Positions 19,208-28,915 of a stretch of 64,000 nucleotides of DNA are shown piece after piece. The first letter of the stretch is position 1. Each line of letters starts with the position of its first letter. Both the position numbers and the translations under genes were made by a program. The notes beneath the pieces were generated by a model. The model was given only the letters and a program-made list of their open reading frames with translations. It had not been told where the DNA came from and did not search any database. The stretch is taken from NCBI GenBank assembly GCA_963675525.2, contig CAXXSL010000016.1, positions 768,001 through 832,000 of the forward strand. The letters are read 5' to 3'. This DNA is from Anaerohalosphaeraceae bacterium (GTDB lineage Bacteria; Planctomycetota; Phycisphaerae; Sedimentisphaerales; Anaerohalosphaeraceae).

Positions 19208-20971
19208 ATGGATGCACTATTACTCATGGTTGTCTGTTTCGCGGGGTATCTTTTAGCGTATCACACCTATGGCCGGTTTCTGGCAAAGAAAATATTTAAA
19301 CTGCGCGTCGATGCACCCGTCCCAAGTCACGAACGCAATGACGGGATTGATTTTATCCCCACGCGCAAAGGCATTATTTTCGGTCATCACTTTACCTCCA
19401 TCGCGGGCACCGGCCCCATCGTCGGCCCCGCCATCGGCATCATCTGGGGCTGGCTGCCGGCCATTCTATGGGTCACGCTCGGCTGCATCTTTATGGGGGC
19501 AGTACATGACTTCGGCTCGCTGGTCGTCTCGTTGCGTAACGACGGCAAAAGCATCTCCGAAATTGCCGCCCGCTACATCAACAAACGCGTCCGCATGATT
19601 TTCTTTCTCATTGTCTTTTTGGCCTTGCTCATCATCATCGCCATTTTCGGCCTTGTCATTGCAACCGTCTTCAAACTCTACCCCGAATCGGTCATCGCCG
19701 TCTGGCTGGAAGTCCCCATCGCGATTATTCTGGGCTGGGCCATTTACAAGAAAAGTGCCAATGTCACCTTGGCAACCATTGTTGCGGTCAGCGCTATGTA
19801 TGCCGGCGTGGTTCTGGGAGCATGGCTGGAGCACATACGCCCCGGGCTTTGTAGCTTTCCTGAAGCCTGGTTTATCAAGCCGGCGGGTTTATGGACCATC
19901 ATCCTGCTTGCGTACGCATGGATTGCCTCAACCCTGCCGGTCACAACTCTCCTGCAGCCGCGGGATTATATTAACGCATGGCAATTGTTTATTATGATGG
20001 GATTGTTGGTTCTCGGGGTTTTCGCAGCGGCTTTTTTTGGCGGGGCGGATTTTTCAATAACCGCCCCGGCGATTAACAAGGTCGGCCCGGACATCCCGCC
20101 GCTGTTTCCCATGATGTTTGTGACCATCGCCTGTGGCGCCATCAGCGGCTTTCACTCGCTCGTTGCCGGCGGCACCAGCACCAAACAACTCGCCAAAGAA
20201 CCGGACGCCCAATTCGTCGGCTACGGCTCGATGCTGTTTGAGGGCGCATTGGCCGTTTTGGTAATCATCTGTATTGCCGCCGGATTAGGAATGGGCTTCA
20301 AAGGTCAAAGCGGCCCCGGCGTTTGGCAGGGCTTTTACGGTTCATGGCTCGGTGCCAAAGGATTGGGTGATAAACTCCAGCCGGTCGTAGTCGGTGCGTC
20401 AAATATGATGGGGACAATTGGCATTCCCCAAACATTGGGTTTTGCGATTATGGGAGTATTTATCTCGTCCTTTGCGGGTACCACGCTTGATACCGCCGTG
20501 CGTATTCAGCGATATGTCGTTAGCGAGCTAACGGAAGATATTCACCTACCCGCGCTGTCCAATCGCTGGACCGCCACTTCCATCGCAGTGGTGACTGCGG
20601 CGATACTGGCCTTTGTCGACACTTCACACGGCAAAATTTCCTTCGGCGCCAGCGGCACTGGAGCATTGAAACTGTGGCCGCTGTTCGGCACCGTCAATCA
20701 GCTTCTGGCAGCACTGACGTTACTGGTCGTAACGATGTACCTGAAAACCAAGGGCGGCCTGAAATATATTCTCACCGCGATTCCCTGCCTGGTGATGCTG
20801 GTTCTCACCGGCTGGGCCATGGTACTCAATGAAATTAAATTTATCAAAACGCAAAACATCGTATTGGCAGTCATCGGCGGGCTTGTTTTCCTGCTGGCAA
20901 TCTGGATGACACTGGAAACCGTATTTTTGTTTTGCAGAAAAACAACTACGGACTCATCGGTGCAGGCGTGA
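19208..20971 (+). CDS. cstA: Carbon starvation protein A family transporter
   Basis: FGHHFTSIAGTGPIVGP, LLQPRDY, IACGAISGFHSL, LWPLFGTVNQLLA. Confidence 0.95.
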   Translation: MDALLLMVVCFAGYLLAYHTYGRFLAKKIFKLRVDAPVPSHERNDGIDFIPTRKGIIFGHHFTSIAGTGPIVGPAIGIIWGWLPAILWVTLGCIFMGAVHDFGSLVVSLRNDGKSISEIAARYINKRVRMIFFLIVFLALLIIIAIFGLVIATVFKLYPESVIAVWLEVPIAIILGWAIYKKSANVTLATIVAVSAMYAGVVLGAWLEHIRPGLCSFPEAWFIKPAGLWTIILLAYAWIASTLPVTTLLQPRDYINAWQLFIMMGLLVLGVFAAAFFGGADFSITAPAINKVGPDIPPLFPMMFVTIACGAISGFHSLVAGGTSTKQLAKEPDAQFVGYGSMLFEGALAVLVIICIAAGLGMGFKGQSGPGVWQGFYGSWLGAKGLGDKLQPVVVGASNMMGTIGIPQTLGFAIMGVFISSFAGTTLDTAVRIQRYVVSELTEDIHLPALSNRWTATSIAVVTAAILAFVDTSHGKISFGASGTGALKLWPLFGTVNQLLAALTLLVVTMYLKTKGGLKYILTAIPCLVMLVLTGWAMVLNEIKFIKTQNIVLAVIGGLVFLLAIWMTLETVFLFCRKTTTDSSVQA

Positions 20972-21968
20972 TGGAAATTAGTTTGATCCTGGCTGTTTTC
21001 GGGATACCTGATTCAACCAGTTCGATCTGTCCGTTTTTGATGTATTCGGCAGGGAAATTATAAATCACCTCACGCGGAGGAATCTCAGCAAGTGCGGCAT
21101 CATCGTCCCGAATCTCTATCAGCAATTGATACCGCATGTTTTCATAGGCCTTCAATGCTTCATCCGTCGCACGAACCTGAATAGTTCCCCGCAGTTCTGT
21201 TTCATTTTCAAGCTCGACTTTGTATTTTTCCTGCAGAGACGGGCTCATCAAGAAACCGATCCGCTGAGGCTGATATACCCGGCTGCCGAGAGCATCTGCT
21301 TTTAGGATGTTAACAGTAACCTCTGTTTCTGAATATCGGATATTGCTGCCGACTTCGACATAAGGTTTTGTCTGAATGGCCTTTTGCCGTGCTAATTCGA
21401 TCTGCTGCGGCGACAACGCAATATACGCCGAACCCAAATATCCTTCTTTGACATACATTTCAACCCATGCCGGTTCAACTTCAGCCGGCTTCAACGACGT
21501 CCCGATTTCATCCAGACACTGAACAGGTAGCCTTTTTTTTACCAGCAGCTCTACCTGTACCTCTATTTGTTCGGGCTTGACGGATTCCAGTGACAGTGCC
21601 AGCTCTCGTGTCTTGTTGTTTTTACGCAGGTAATCCAGCAGATCCAGCGTATAAATACCGGCTTTTGTATAGCCTTGGTCGGCCGGGTTAAAGTAATAAT
21701 CAAATCGTTCCTTATCCGGATCATTCTGGGCCGCGCGATAATTGCGGGAGAGTTCCGATATTTTGTCCGGTGAGCCCTTAAATGTCAATTCAAGCGGAAC
21801 TGTCTGGTCATACTTGGCAAACGACACAAACAATTGTCTTTCGATCCCTGTCGACAAATTAAGTGTTCCATAATAGTCTTCATCCTTCCCTTGAGACAAA
21901 AACGCCCAGGTCCAGATCAGCAGGGTAAGAAAAACAACCGCAAAAAATTTTGTCAGTTTATCACTCAT
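20946..21968 (-). CDS. Probable CdaR/YbbR-like protein
   Basis: Single N-terminal TM (VFLTLLIW), beta-rich soluble part, directly downstream of cdaA. Confidence 0.6.
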   Translation of the reverse strand: MSDKLTKFFAVVFLTLLIWTWAFLSQGKDEDYYGTLNLSTGIERQLFVSFAKYDQTVPLELTFKGSPDKISELSRNYRAAQNDPDKERFDYYFNPADQGYTKAGIYTLDLLDYLRKNNKTRELALSLESVKPEQIEVQVELLVKKRLPVQCLDEIGTSLKPAEVEPAWVEMYVKEGYLGSAYIALSPQQIELARQKAIQTKPYVEVGSNIRYSETEVTVNILKADALGSRVYQPQRIGFLMSPSLQEKYKVELENETELRGTIQVRATDEALKAYENMRYQLLIEIRDDDAALAEIPPREVIYNFPAEYIKNGQIELVESGIPKTARIKLISITPAPMSP

Positions 21969-21970
21969 GA

Positions 21971-22831
21971 TTAACTATGTGAAATTGTTTCCTCTTCGTC
22001 TGTTTTTGTAATTTTACCCAGTTTTTCAAGGATCGGTGTTGTTTCAACCACTGCAGTTGTCAGGTGCCGGCGCAACTGGGCCTCGGAGACATTCCGGATC
22101 AGGTTGCCGTCAATGGCCAGTGAAACGATGCCGGTTTCCTCGCTGACAACAATAACGATCGCATCCGAACTCGTAGTCACGCCAATGGCCGCACGATGAC
22201 GGGAGCCCAACTGCCCAAAACGACTGCTGCTTTCTGCCAATGGAAGCTGCACCCGTGCGGCAATAATACGGTCCCCCTGAATAATCATCGCCATGTCATG
22301 CAGCGCCGAGCCGGGATAAAAAATTGTTTTGATCAGGTCGCTGGTTACTTTCGCATCGATACGAATACCGGTTTCAATGAATTCACCGAGAGCCACTTGC
22401 TGTGGAATAACAATAATCGCCCCGGTCCGGGTTGCCGCCATTTGCGACACGGCGGTAATAATTTCCTCAACCGACCGGCTGAGCTGCTGGGGGGAGCTGC
22501 CACTGAACAGGCGGGCCTGTCCGATACGGGTCAGGCCCCGTCGAATTTCAGGCTGGAACGCCGCAACCGCGATCACCAAAACCGCAATCAAAAAACCGTT
22601 ATATAAATATTCTATCCGCTCCATCCCGAAAATTTTGACCACTAGATTCAATACGAGTGAGCCAACGATCAGAATGAAAATAATCCCGCGAAATAGACGC
22701 TCCCCGCGCGTGCCTTCCAAAAATGTGATGATCGCATAAACAAACAGGCCGATAAGAAGAAGCTCGGCAACGACAATGAGCTTTTCATGAAAGCTGATTT
22801 GCAGAATATACTCAAGGATTGCATTAAACAA
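21971..22831 (-). CDS. cdaA: Diadenylate cyclase CdaA
   Basis: 3 TM, FQPEIRR, LHDMA (variant of DGA), GSRHRAA, VSEETG. Confidence 0.93.
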   Translation of the reverse strand: MFNAILEYILQISFHEKLIVVAELLLIGLFVYAIITFLEGTRGERLFRGIIFILIVGSLVLNLVVKIFGMERIEYLYNGFLIAVLVIAVAAFQPEIRRGLTRIGQARLFSGSSPQQLSRSVEEIITAVSQMAATRTGAIIVIPQQVALGEFIETGIRIDAKVTSDLIKTIFYPGSALHDMAMIIQGDRIIAARVQLPLAESSSRFGQLGSRHRAAIGVTTSSDAIVIVVSEETGIVSLAIDGNLIRNVSEAQLRRHLTTAVVETTPILEKLGKITKTDEEETISHS

Positions 22832-22941
22832 GGAGACGCTTCCTTATCCGCCTAAGATTCCCTTCTGTTTCCGGATCTGCAAAGATCCCGCTTTTGACGC
22901 TATTTTGTTATAGATATCAATTAAGGCTCCGCCCCGGCGCC

Positions 22942-23160
22942 TTAACGCACCATCATATTACTAAGTCGTCCCGGTCGGTCGAGTAACAGGACAGCATCGA
23001 TATCATCCTGCATTTGCAGACTATTATTATTGATCGTTTCAATATGCCTGCGATGGACTTCCTTTTTGGTCAGGCCCGGAGCCGCACAGCCTGTTGTCAG
23101 GGTCGATACCGCCGCCAAAAGAACGACCAGGATAACCGGTAACAATAATTGCTTTCTCAT
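22942..23160 (-). CDS. Small putative lipoprotein
   Basis: MRKQ + hydrophobic stretch + TTGC lipobox-like; AGAGG RBS; consensus promoter upstream. Confidence 0.7.
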   Translation of the reverse strand: MRKQLLLPVILVVLLAAVSTLTTGCAAPGLTKKEVHRRHIETINNNSLQMQDDIDAVLLLDRPGRLSNMMVR

Positions 23161-23251
23161 TTTTAAACCTCTGTAAATAATGATGTTATATTAGTCCATC
23201 GTAAATTTTTTACACAGGCGCTCCGTCACATATAGAGCCTCTGCATATGTG

Positions 23252-23280
23252 ATTCTAACCGCTCACTCCCGCCGTGTCAA
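23252..23280 (-). promoter_or_regulatory. Sigma70 promoter for lipoprotein-cdaA-cdaR
   Basis: TTGACA-17 bp-TAGAAT on the minus strand. Confidence 0.65.
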
Positions 23281-23415
23281 ACCAAAAATAGTCCCGCAAC
23301 CACTTAGCCGGAAAGATTTTATGTTTTCTTTGTCAGGGCCGCCGATTTTATGATAAAATTCCTACAGAACATGAAAATTAAACTGCTTTGCAAATTTATG
23401 ATTGGTTTTTTTAGA

Positions 23416-25371
23416 ATGTCATTAATCTCGTTTCAAAATATTGATAAATCGTTCGGGCCGGAAGTGATTTTTAGTAATCTGAGCCTGAACTTCTACGCCA
23501 ACCAGAAGGTAGGGCTGATCGGCGCCAACGGTACCGGAAAAACCACGTTATTTCGACTGATTCTGGGCGATGAACAGCCGGATACAGGCCGGGTGGTCTG
23601 CGCCAAAGACGTCCGGATCGGCTACCTGCCGCAGGAGCCGATTTTTGACGGCGGTAAAACCGTCATGCAGGAAATGCATGATGGCATGGCGGATATTCTG
23701 GGTCTGCGCGACAGGATTCAGGACTACTGCCATCAAATGGAATCGCTGACCGGCGACGCACTGGCCGCGGCGATGGCCGAATACGACCGCCTTTGCCATC
23801 GGTTTGAAACGGATGGCGGATACGCCTACGAAGCCCGCATCAAGAGTATTCTCGCGGGGCTGGATATCGGGGCCGAACACTACGATGCGCCGACTCGCAC
23901 CTTGTCCGGGGGGCAGTTATCCCGGCTGGGGCTGGCGAAGGTGCTGGTCAAGGAAACCAACCTGCTGTTGCTGGATGAGCCGACGAATCATCTGGATTTG
24001 CAGGCGACAAGCTGGCTGGAGTCGTTTCTGAAATCCTATTGCGGCTCGGTGATTCTGATTAGCCACGACAGGTATTTGCTGGACCGGGTTGCTGAAAAGA
24101 TCGTTGAGCTTGAATACAAAACCGCGCGCGTTTGGAAGGGAAATTACAGTCAATATATTCAAACAAAGGAAACAGCGGCGCTGGCTGAGTCACGTGAGCA
24201 CGAAAAGCGAACCGATATGGTGAGTCGAACACTGGATTTTATTGCCCGCAACAAAAACCAGGAGGGTATGCGAAAAACGGCCATGGGGCGCAAGACCCGC
24301 TTAGAGCGGCTTCTAAAGGAAAACCCCGATTACCTTGAAAAGGGGAGGCCTGAAAAAACGATTGCGTTTAGTTTCGCCAAAACCGACGCAAAAAGCGATT
24401 TAGTCCTGCGGGCCGAAAACCTGTGTAAGGCATTCGGCGAGCTGGTGCTGTTTAAGGGCCTTTCGTTCGATGTCGGCTCCGGTGAGCGGCTGGGCATTAC
24501 CGGACCGAACGGCACCGGCAAAACCACGCTGTTGAAACTGGCGATGGGGCAGCTTACCGCGGACGATGGGATGATTCGGCTGGGGGAAAACCTGAAAGTC
24601 GGGTATCTGGACCAGCAGGCGATGACGCTGAACCCGGAGAACACAATTCTCGAAGAGGTTCGGGGGGTTCGGCCGGATCTAACGCCAGAGGCAATTCGCG
24701 GGAAGCTGGGGGCGTTTTTGTTTTCCGGCGACGATGTGTTTAAGCCGGTCGCGGACTTGTCGGGCGGGCAGCAGAACCGGCTGATGCTGTGCAAGCTGGT
24801 GCTGGGCGAACCGGATGTGCTGATTCTCGATGAGCCGACAAACCATCTGGATATCGCCAGCCGGGGAATGCTGGAAGAGGCGCTGCTGGCGTATAACGGG
24901 GCGATCATCGCAGTTAGCCATGACCGGTATTTTCTCAACCGCGTGGCCGAAAAGCTGCTGGTGCTCGGCGCTGATGCGGCGGGGCTGCGAGAGACGGGGT
25001 CGGCGGAGATGATACTGCCTGCGGCGGATGCGGACGGGGTGTATTCAACGTATGCACATAAAATTCAACAGCAAAAACAGCAACTCGAAAAAGAGAAAAT
25101 CGCCTCGAAACGGAAAAGTCAGCCGGGGGGGGCCGCTGGGGTGAAACCGAAGACGCCGGAACATCTGCGGCGGTTCAATAAATATTCGCCCGAACAGATC
25201 GAGGAGATGGTCGCGGAGATGGAGCTGGAAATCGAAGAGATGCAGCATCAGTTCGGGGATGAGGCGATCTATCAAAATCATCAACTGCTGGGGCAGCTTC
25301 AGGTGGATTTCGAGGCGAAAAAGAAACAACTTGAAGTGCTGTATGAGGCGTGGGAACGGAAGATGCAGTAA
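23416..25371 (+). CDS. ABC-F family ATPase
   Basis: Two NBDs (GANGTGKT/LSGGQ/LDEPTNHLD; GPNGTGKT/LSGGQ/LDEPTNHLD), no TM, coiled-coil tail. Confidence 0.95.
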   Translation: MSLISFQNIDKSFGPEVIFSNLSLNFYANQKVGLIGANGTGKTTLFRLILGDEQPDTGRVVCAKDVRIGYLPQEPIFDGGKTVMQEMHDGMADILGLRDRIQDYCHQMESLTGDALAAAMAEYDRLCHRFETDGGYAYEARIKSILAGLDIGAEHYDAPTRTLSGGQLSRLGLAKVLVKETNLLLLDEPTNHLDLQATSWLESFLKSYCGSVILISHDRYLLDRVAEKIVELEYKTARVWKGNYSQYIQTKETAALAESREHEKRTDMVSRTLDFIARNKNQEGMRKTAMGRKTRLERLLKENPDYLEKGRPEKTIAFSFAKTDAKSDLVLRAENLCKAFGELVLFKGLSFDVGSGERLGITGPNGTGKTTLLKLAMGQLTADDGMIRLGENLKVGYLDQQAMTLNPENTILEEVRGVRPDLTPEAIRGKLGAFLFSGDDVFKPVADLSGGQQNRLMLCKLVLGEPDVLILDEPTNHLDIASRGMLEEALLAYNGAIIAVSHDRYFLNRVAEKLLVLGADAAGLRETGSAEMILPAADADGVYSTYAHKIQQQKQQLEKEKIASKRKSQPGGAAGVKPKTPEHLRRFNKYSPEQIEEMVAEMELEIEEMQHQFGDEAIYQNHQLLGQLQVDFEAKKKQLEVLYEAWERKMQ

Positions 25372-25449
25372 TCTATCTTTCAAGAATACAGGAACTCAAG
25401 AACCCACGAACTCAAGAAGGTGGATTTCCTCCGGGTGGCTGTTTCAATT

Positions 25450-25479
25450 CTGGATCCCGGCTCGGAGGCCGGGATGACA
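25450..25479. repeat. REP-like palindrome
   Basis: CTGGATCCCGGCTCGGAGGCCGGGATGACA; ATCCCGGC/GCCGGGAT stem. Confidence 0.6.
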
Positions 25480-25586
25480 TTGTTCAGGGGTGGCTGTTCG
25501 GGATAACAGTGTGGGTAGAAAAAAAAAGGTGTGTTTTTGTGGTGGAAATGCGGTTTTTGTGGGGTTTTTAGGGTGTATTACTGATA

Positions 25587-25652
25587 CCAAACTTGTCCAA
25601 AGATGCGCCAACATGCGCCCAAACGGCGCCAAAGTTTGCCAAAGGTGCGCCA
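25587..25652. repeat. Helically phased CCAA array
   Basis: CCA(A) at 25587, 25597, 25608, 25619, 25629, 25639, 25650. Confidence 0.75.
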
Positions 25653-25803
25653 TTTTTAACCGCTAATGCACGCGAATGACACAAATATGGCTGTGGGTTT
25701 TGTTGGCTGGTCGGCCGGTTCCTCCTGATTTTTAAAGATCAACCTATTCAATTTTTCCGTCTTCGCTTCCAGCTAGTCGAGACATGCCGCCGCGACAAGA
25801 GGT

Positions 25804-25831
25804 ATTTTATCATAAGTTCGATAAATGTCAA
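25804..25831 (-). promoter_or_regulatory. Candidate sigma70 promoter facing the repeat-rich intergenic region
   Basis: TTGACA-16 bp-TAAAAT with extended -10 TG. Confidence 0.5.
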
Positions 25832-25951
25832 ACTTTTTTTATGTTTTTTGACGCTGGTTTTTTTAGACGGGATTAACGGGATTTTTAGGGATTTTTATTT
25901 CAAGTATACCGGTATACAAGATTAGACAGAAAAGTAATTTTGAATTGTTCA

Positions 25952-26455
25952 TTATAACTTTGGTCCCAGGCGGTTTTTTGTGACATGCGATAAGAGTACC
26001 GCAAACGAGCTGAGATAGAAGACCATCCAGTGACCGGAAAAGAGTCGAATTTCATAGGCATGACACTTGATATATTCGGCCTCGGTCAACTGACGAATAA
26101 TCTCGCCGTGGTTTGACAGAACATACTGGCCATCGACGATGTGGGGGCCTCCGCCTTCCAGCAGGACAAATATCGTGAAGAAGAAGTTGAAAAACGTATA
26201 CGCAAAAAACAGGCCGACCAAGACCGGCAGCCAGGCGGGGATGTACCGGAGGGCGACCTGCCAAAAGTCTTTGGTGGAATCTTCGGCTTCGAATTTCTTT
26301 CCGCAAATGAGTGCGGGGAGAAACACGACAAAGATACCGATATGCAGTCCCCAAATGCCGGGAATCGCAGACGGATTGAGTCCGGCAAAGGTACTGACGT
26401 GTACCAGAAAGCTTGCGATAAATCCTAACGCCGCTAACATCATAAAAAGTGTCAT
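25952..26455 (-). CDS. Hypothetical membrane protein
   Basis: 4 hydrophobic segments; GAGAGGG RBS. Confidence 0.7.
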   Translation of the reverse strand: MTLFMMLAALGFIASFLVHVSTFAGLNPSAIPGIWGLHIGIFVVFLPALICGKKFEAEDSTKDFWQVALRYIPAWLPVLVGLFFAYTFFNFFFTIFVLLEGGGPHIVDGQYVLSNHGEIIRQLTEAEYIKCHAYEIRLFSGHWMVFYLSSFAVLLSHVTKNRLGPKL

Positions 26456-26715
26456 CTTTCCGACCCTCTCTATGGATATAGACGATGATAAAAATAGTCT
26501 GTTGCGAACAAAAGGAAAGTATTAGCCGATCAGGCAGTTTTGTGGAATCGGGTTGCATTTGGGGTGTTTGTTTCATAGAATGCGCCTTAAAGGAATGTAA
26601 AACTTGCCGCTGTGCGTTGCTGCTGCAGGTTTGGAACCAAAAACGCTTCAACGCTTCGCTGTTGCCGTTTTAAGGGGCCGCGTAACGAATTACAGTTGAT
26701 GAAGGGACACCAAAA

Positions 26716-27942
26716 ATGAACACAAAGAGTGCGCGCGCGTGCAGCCTGACGCTAATGGGGCTATTACTGTTTCTAATGTTAACTATTTTCTCGTTGAATG
26801 CTACCGCGGCCAATCATGAGATTGAGCCGGGGGCTGCTTTGGCCGCAGAAAGCGGCGAGGGCGTTGTCGCCATAATGGAGGATGTGGTGGATGTTCAGAA
26901 GTACAACAGAAGCATTCACATTATGGCGATGCTGCTGGTTGGTTTCGGCTTCCTGATGGTGTTTATGAAGAAGTACGGGCTTTCGGCGGTGACGGCGACG
27001 TTTCTCCTGGTAAGCACAGCGATACCGCTCTATATCCTGATCAACAGTTGGGGATTGCTGGGCAAGCCGGAGGAGATTGAAATAGACCGGCTTATTCTTG
27101 CGGAGTTTGCGGCGGCAAGTTTGCTGATCTGCGCGGGTGCTGTTCTGGGGCGGCTTAAGATGTGGCAGTATATCGTTTTGGGGCTTCTTTTTCTGCCGTG
27201 CTATATGATCAACGAATGGATCGTTGTCGAAGACGGCATCGGCCTGATAAGCGGCTGTATCGCCGACACAGGCGGTTCTATTGTCATTCATGCTTTCGGT
27301 GCCTTCTTTGGGTTGGGTGTGCTGCTGACGATGACAACGAAGAAGGAGTTTGATACGCCGATCGAATCGGACGCGACGAGTGACCGGTTTTCGATGTTGG
27401 GCAGCATGGTGTTGTGGCTGTTCTGGCCGAGTTTTTGCGCGGCCCTCGTGGCACCTGAGTTGATTCCGCCAACGATCGTTAATGTTGTGCTTGCTTTGTC
27501 CGGTTCAACCCTTGCGACTTATTTTGCTTCCATCGCTTTCAGAAAGGGAAAAATCTCCTGTGCTGATATTGCGAACGCGGCGCTGGCGGGCGGGGTGGCG
27601 ATCGGCTCGACGTGTGACATCGCGGGACACGGAACGGCGTTTGTTATTGGTGTTCTTGCCGGTGCGCTGTCGACATTTGGTTTTGCGGTTATACAATCGC
27701 GGTTTCAAAACATCATCAAGGCGACCGACACTTGCGGCGTGATGTATCTGCACGGCCTGCCTGGTTTGCTTGGCGGCATTGCGGTTGTTTTTGTACAAAG
27801 CGGCATGGCAGCCTGTCAGTTTAAGGGCATCGCCGTTACCGTGGCGATCGCTGTGGTCGCCGGTTTTGTCGCCGGAAAGGTGCTCGGTATTCTCGGCAGA
27901 CGCGGTGTTGCGTATGACGATGCGGAGGAGTTTGAATTGTAA
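26716..27942 (+). CDS. Rh-type ammonium transporter
   Basis: LVGFGFLMVFMKKYG, DTGGSIVIHAFGAFFGL, LWLFWPSF, HGLPGLLGG. Confidence 0.9.
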   Translation: MNTKSARACSLTLMGLLLFLMLTIFSLNATAANHEIEPGAALAAESGEGVVAIMEDVVDVQKYNRSIHIMAMLLVGFGFLMVFMKKYGLSAVTATFLLVSTAIPLYILINSWGLLGKPEEIEIDRLILAEFAAASLLICAGAVLGRLKMWQYIVLGLLFLPCYMINEWIVVEDGIGLISGCIADTGGSIVIHAFGAFFGLGVLLTMTTKKEFDTPIESDATSDRFSMLGSMVLWLFWPSFCAALVAPELIPPTIVNVVLALSGSTLATYFASIAFRKGKISCADIANAALAGGVAIGSTCDIAGHGTAFVIGVLAGALSTFGFAVIQSRFQNIIKATDTCGVMYLHGLPGLLGGIAVVFVQSGMAACQFKGIAVTVAIAVVAGFVAGKVLGILGRRGVAYDDAEEFEL

Positions 27943-27999
27943 TCGGTATTATTTGTTGAAATGCGACTTTAAAAACCATAATTATTGGAAAAACAATAC

Positions 28000-28611
28000 T
28001 ATGACATCAAATAACCGAAAACAATCTGTTCATTATTGGTTTGCCAGTTGAATCTTTTTATGCCTGCTGTTTTGTTCATTATGTACGGTCGCCGCGCCTT
28101 CTGGCGGGCCTTACGGCCCGATCTTGCAGCGTTATGAACTGCCGAAGGACGCCGAGCACTTATATTATGTCGCGCCGGACGGCCGGGATGAGTCATCGGG
28201 GGCCACACTAGCCGAGGCGACGACGCTGGGAGAGGCCCTTAAGCGCGTGGTCACGGGCGATGCCATCGTGCTGCGCGGCGGGGCGTACCGCACGAGCGGG
28301 CCGCTGCTGAACCAGATACGCCCTTGATTTATTGGAGTCCAGCACAAAATAGCGTGTGCCAAACGGCCTTTGGTTCGCTGGAAGGGCTGCAAAAAATGCA
28401 TCCGGAATTTGCGGTTCACGGCCGCGGTTTCACCGCCTATAACGGGCCTTTGTTTAAAAGTCCTGAATTAAATAATTACCAATTGTTTGGGGCCTTTGCG
28501 GAATCTAAAACGGCGGCCGTGCCACTTCCGACAGATGTCCGCAACCTTCTCGGCTTATCTGAAAGCATCACCCCGTATACCGGGGCGTATTCATCGCAAC
28601 CTAAAAATTAG
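28000..28611 (+). pseudogene. Decayed secreted beta-helix-type protein (internal stop and large internal deletion)
   Basis: Signal peptide broken by TGA; PSGGPYGP...YYVAPDG...GDAIVLRGGAYRT then a jump to a C-terminal-like fragment in another frame. Confidence 0.65.
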
Positions 28612-28640
28612 AAAGAGACCTTTTCTCTTGTCAGGTTTTG

Positions 28641-28915
28641 TGTTGATAACCTGTTAGTTGTTGTTAGGGGTGGGGGGGCAGAGATGCGATAAAATCACAG
28701 GAGTTACTGTTGGAAACAGCGTTCCTGTGAAATTCACAGGCTTGGTGAACAGGTTTTGTGACAGGTTGTCCACAAATCACCTCTTTCGTTTTCTGCTCTA
28801 AGTCCTAATTAAAAAAGGAGTTATATTTCTATTCGTGCTTTGTCTCACAAATTCACCGGGCATATTACAAATACGAATACTTTCTTTTCTTTTATTCTAT
28901 TAATTTATAACCCTT
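28641..28915. other. Probable chromosomal replication origin (oriC)
   Basis: DnaA-box-like TGTTGATAA (28641) and TTGTCCACA (28766), tandem degenerate boxes at 28840-28860, trio-like TAT TAC AAA TAC GAA TAC and an AT-rich tract; immediately upstream of dnaN. Confidence 0.7.

Noticed and set aside
25587..25652. CRISPR array
   Set aside because: Units are 10-11 bp without spacers, and no cas genes are in the window
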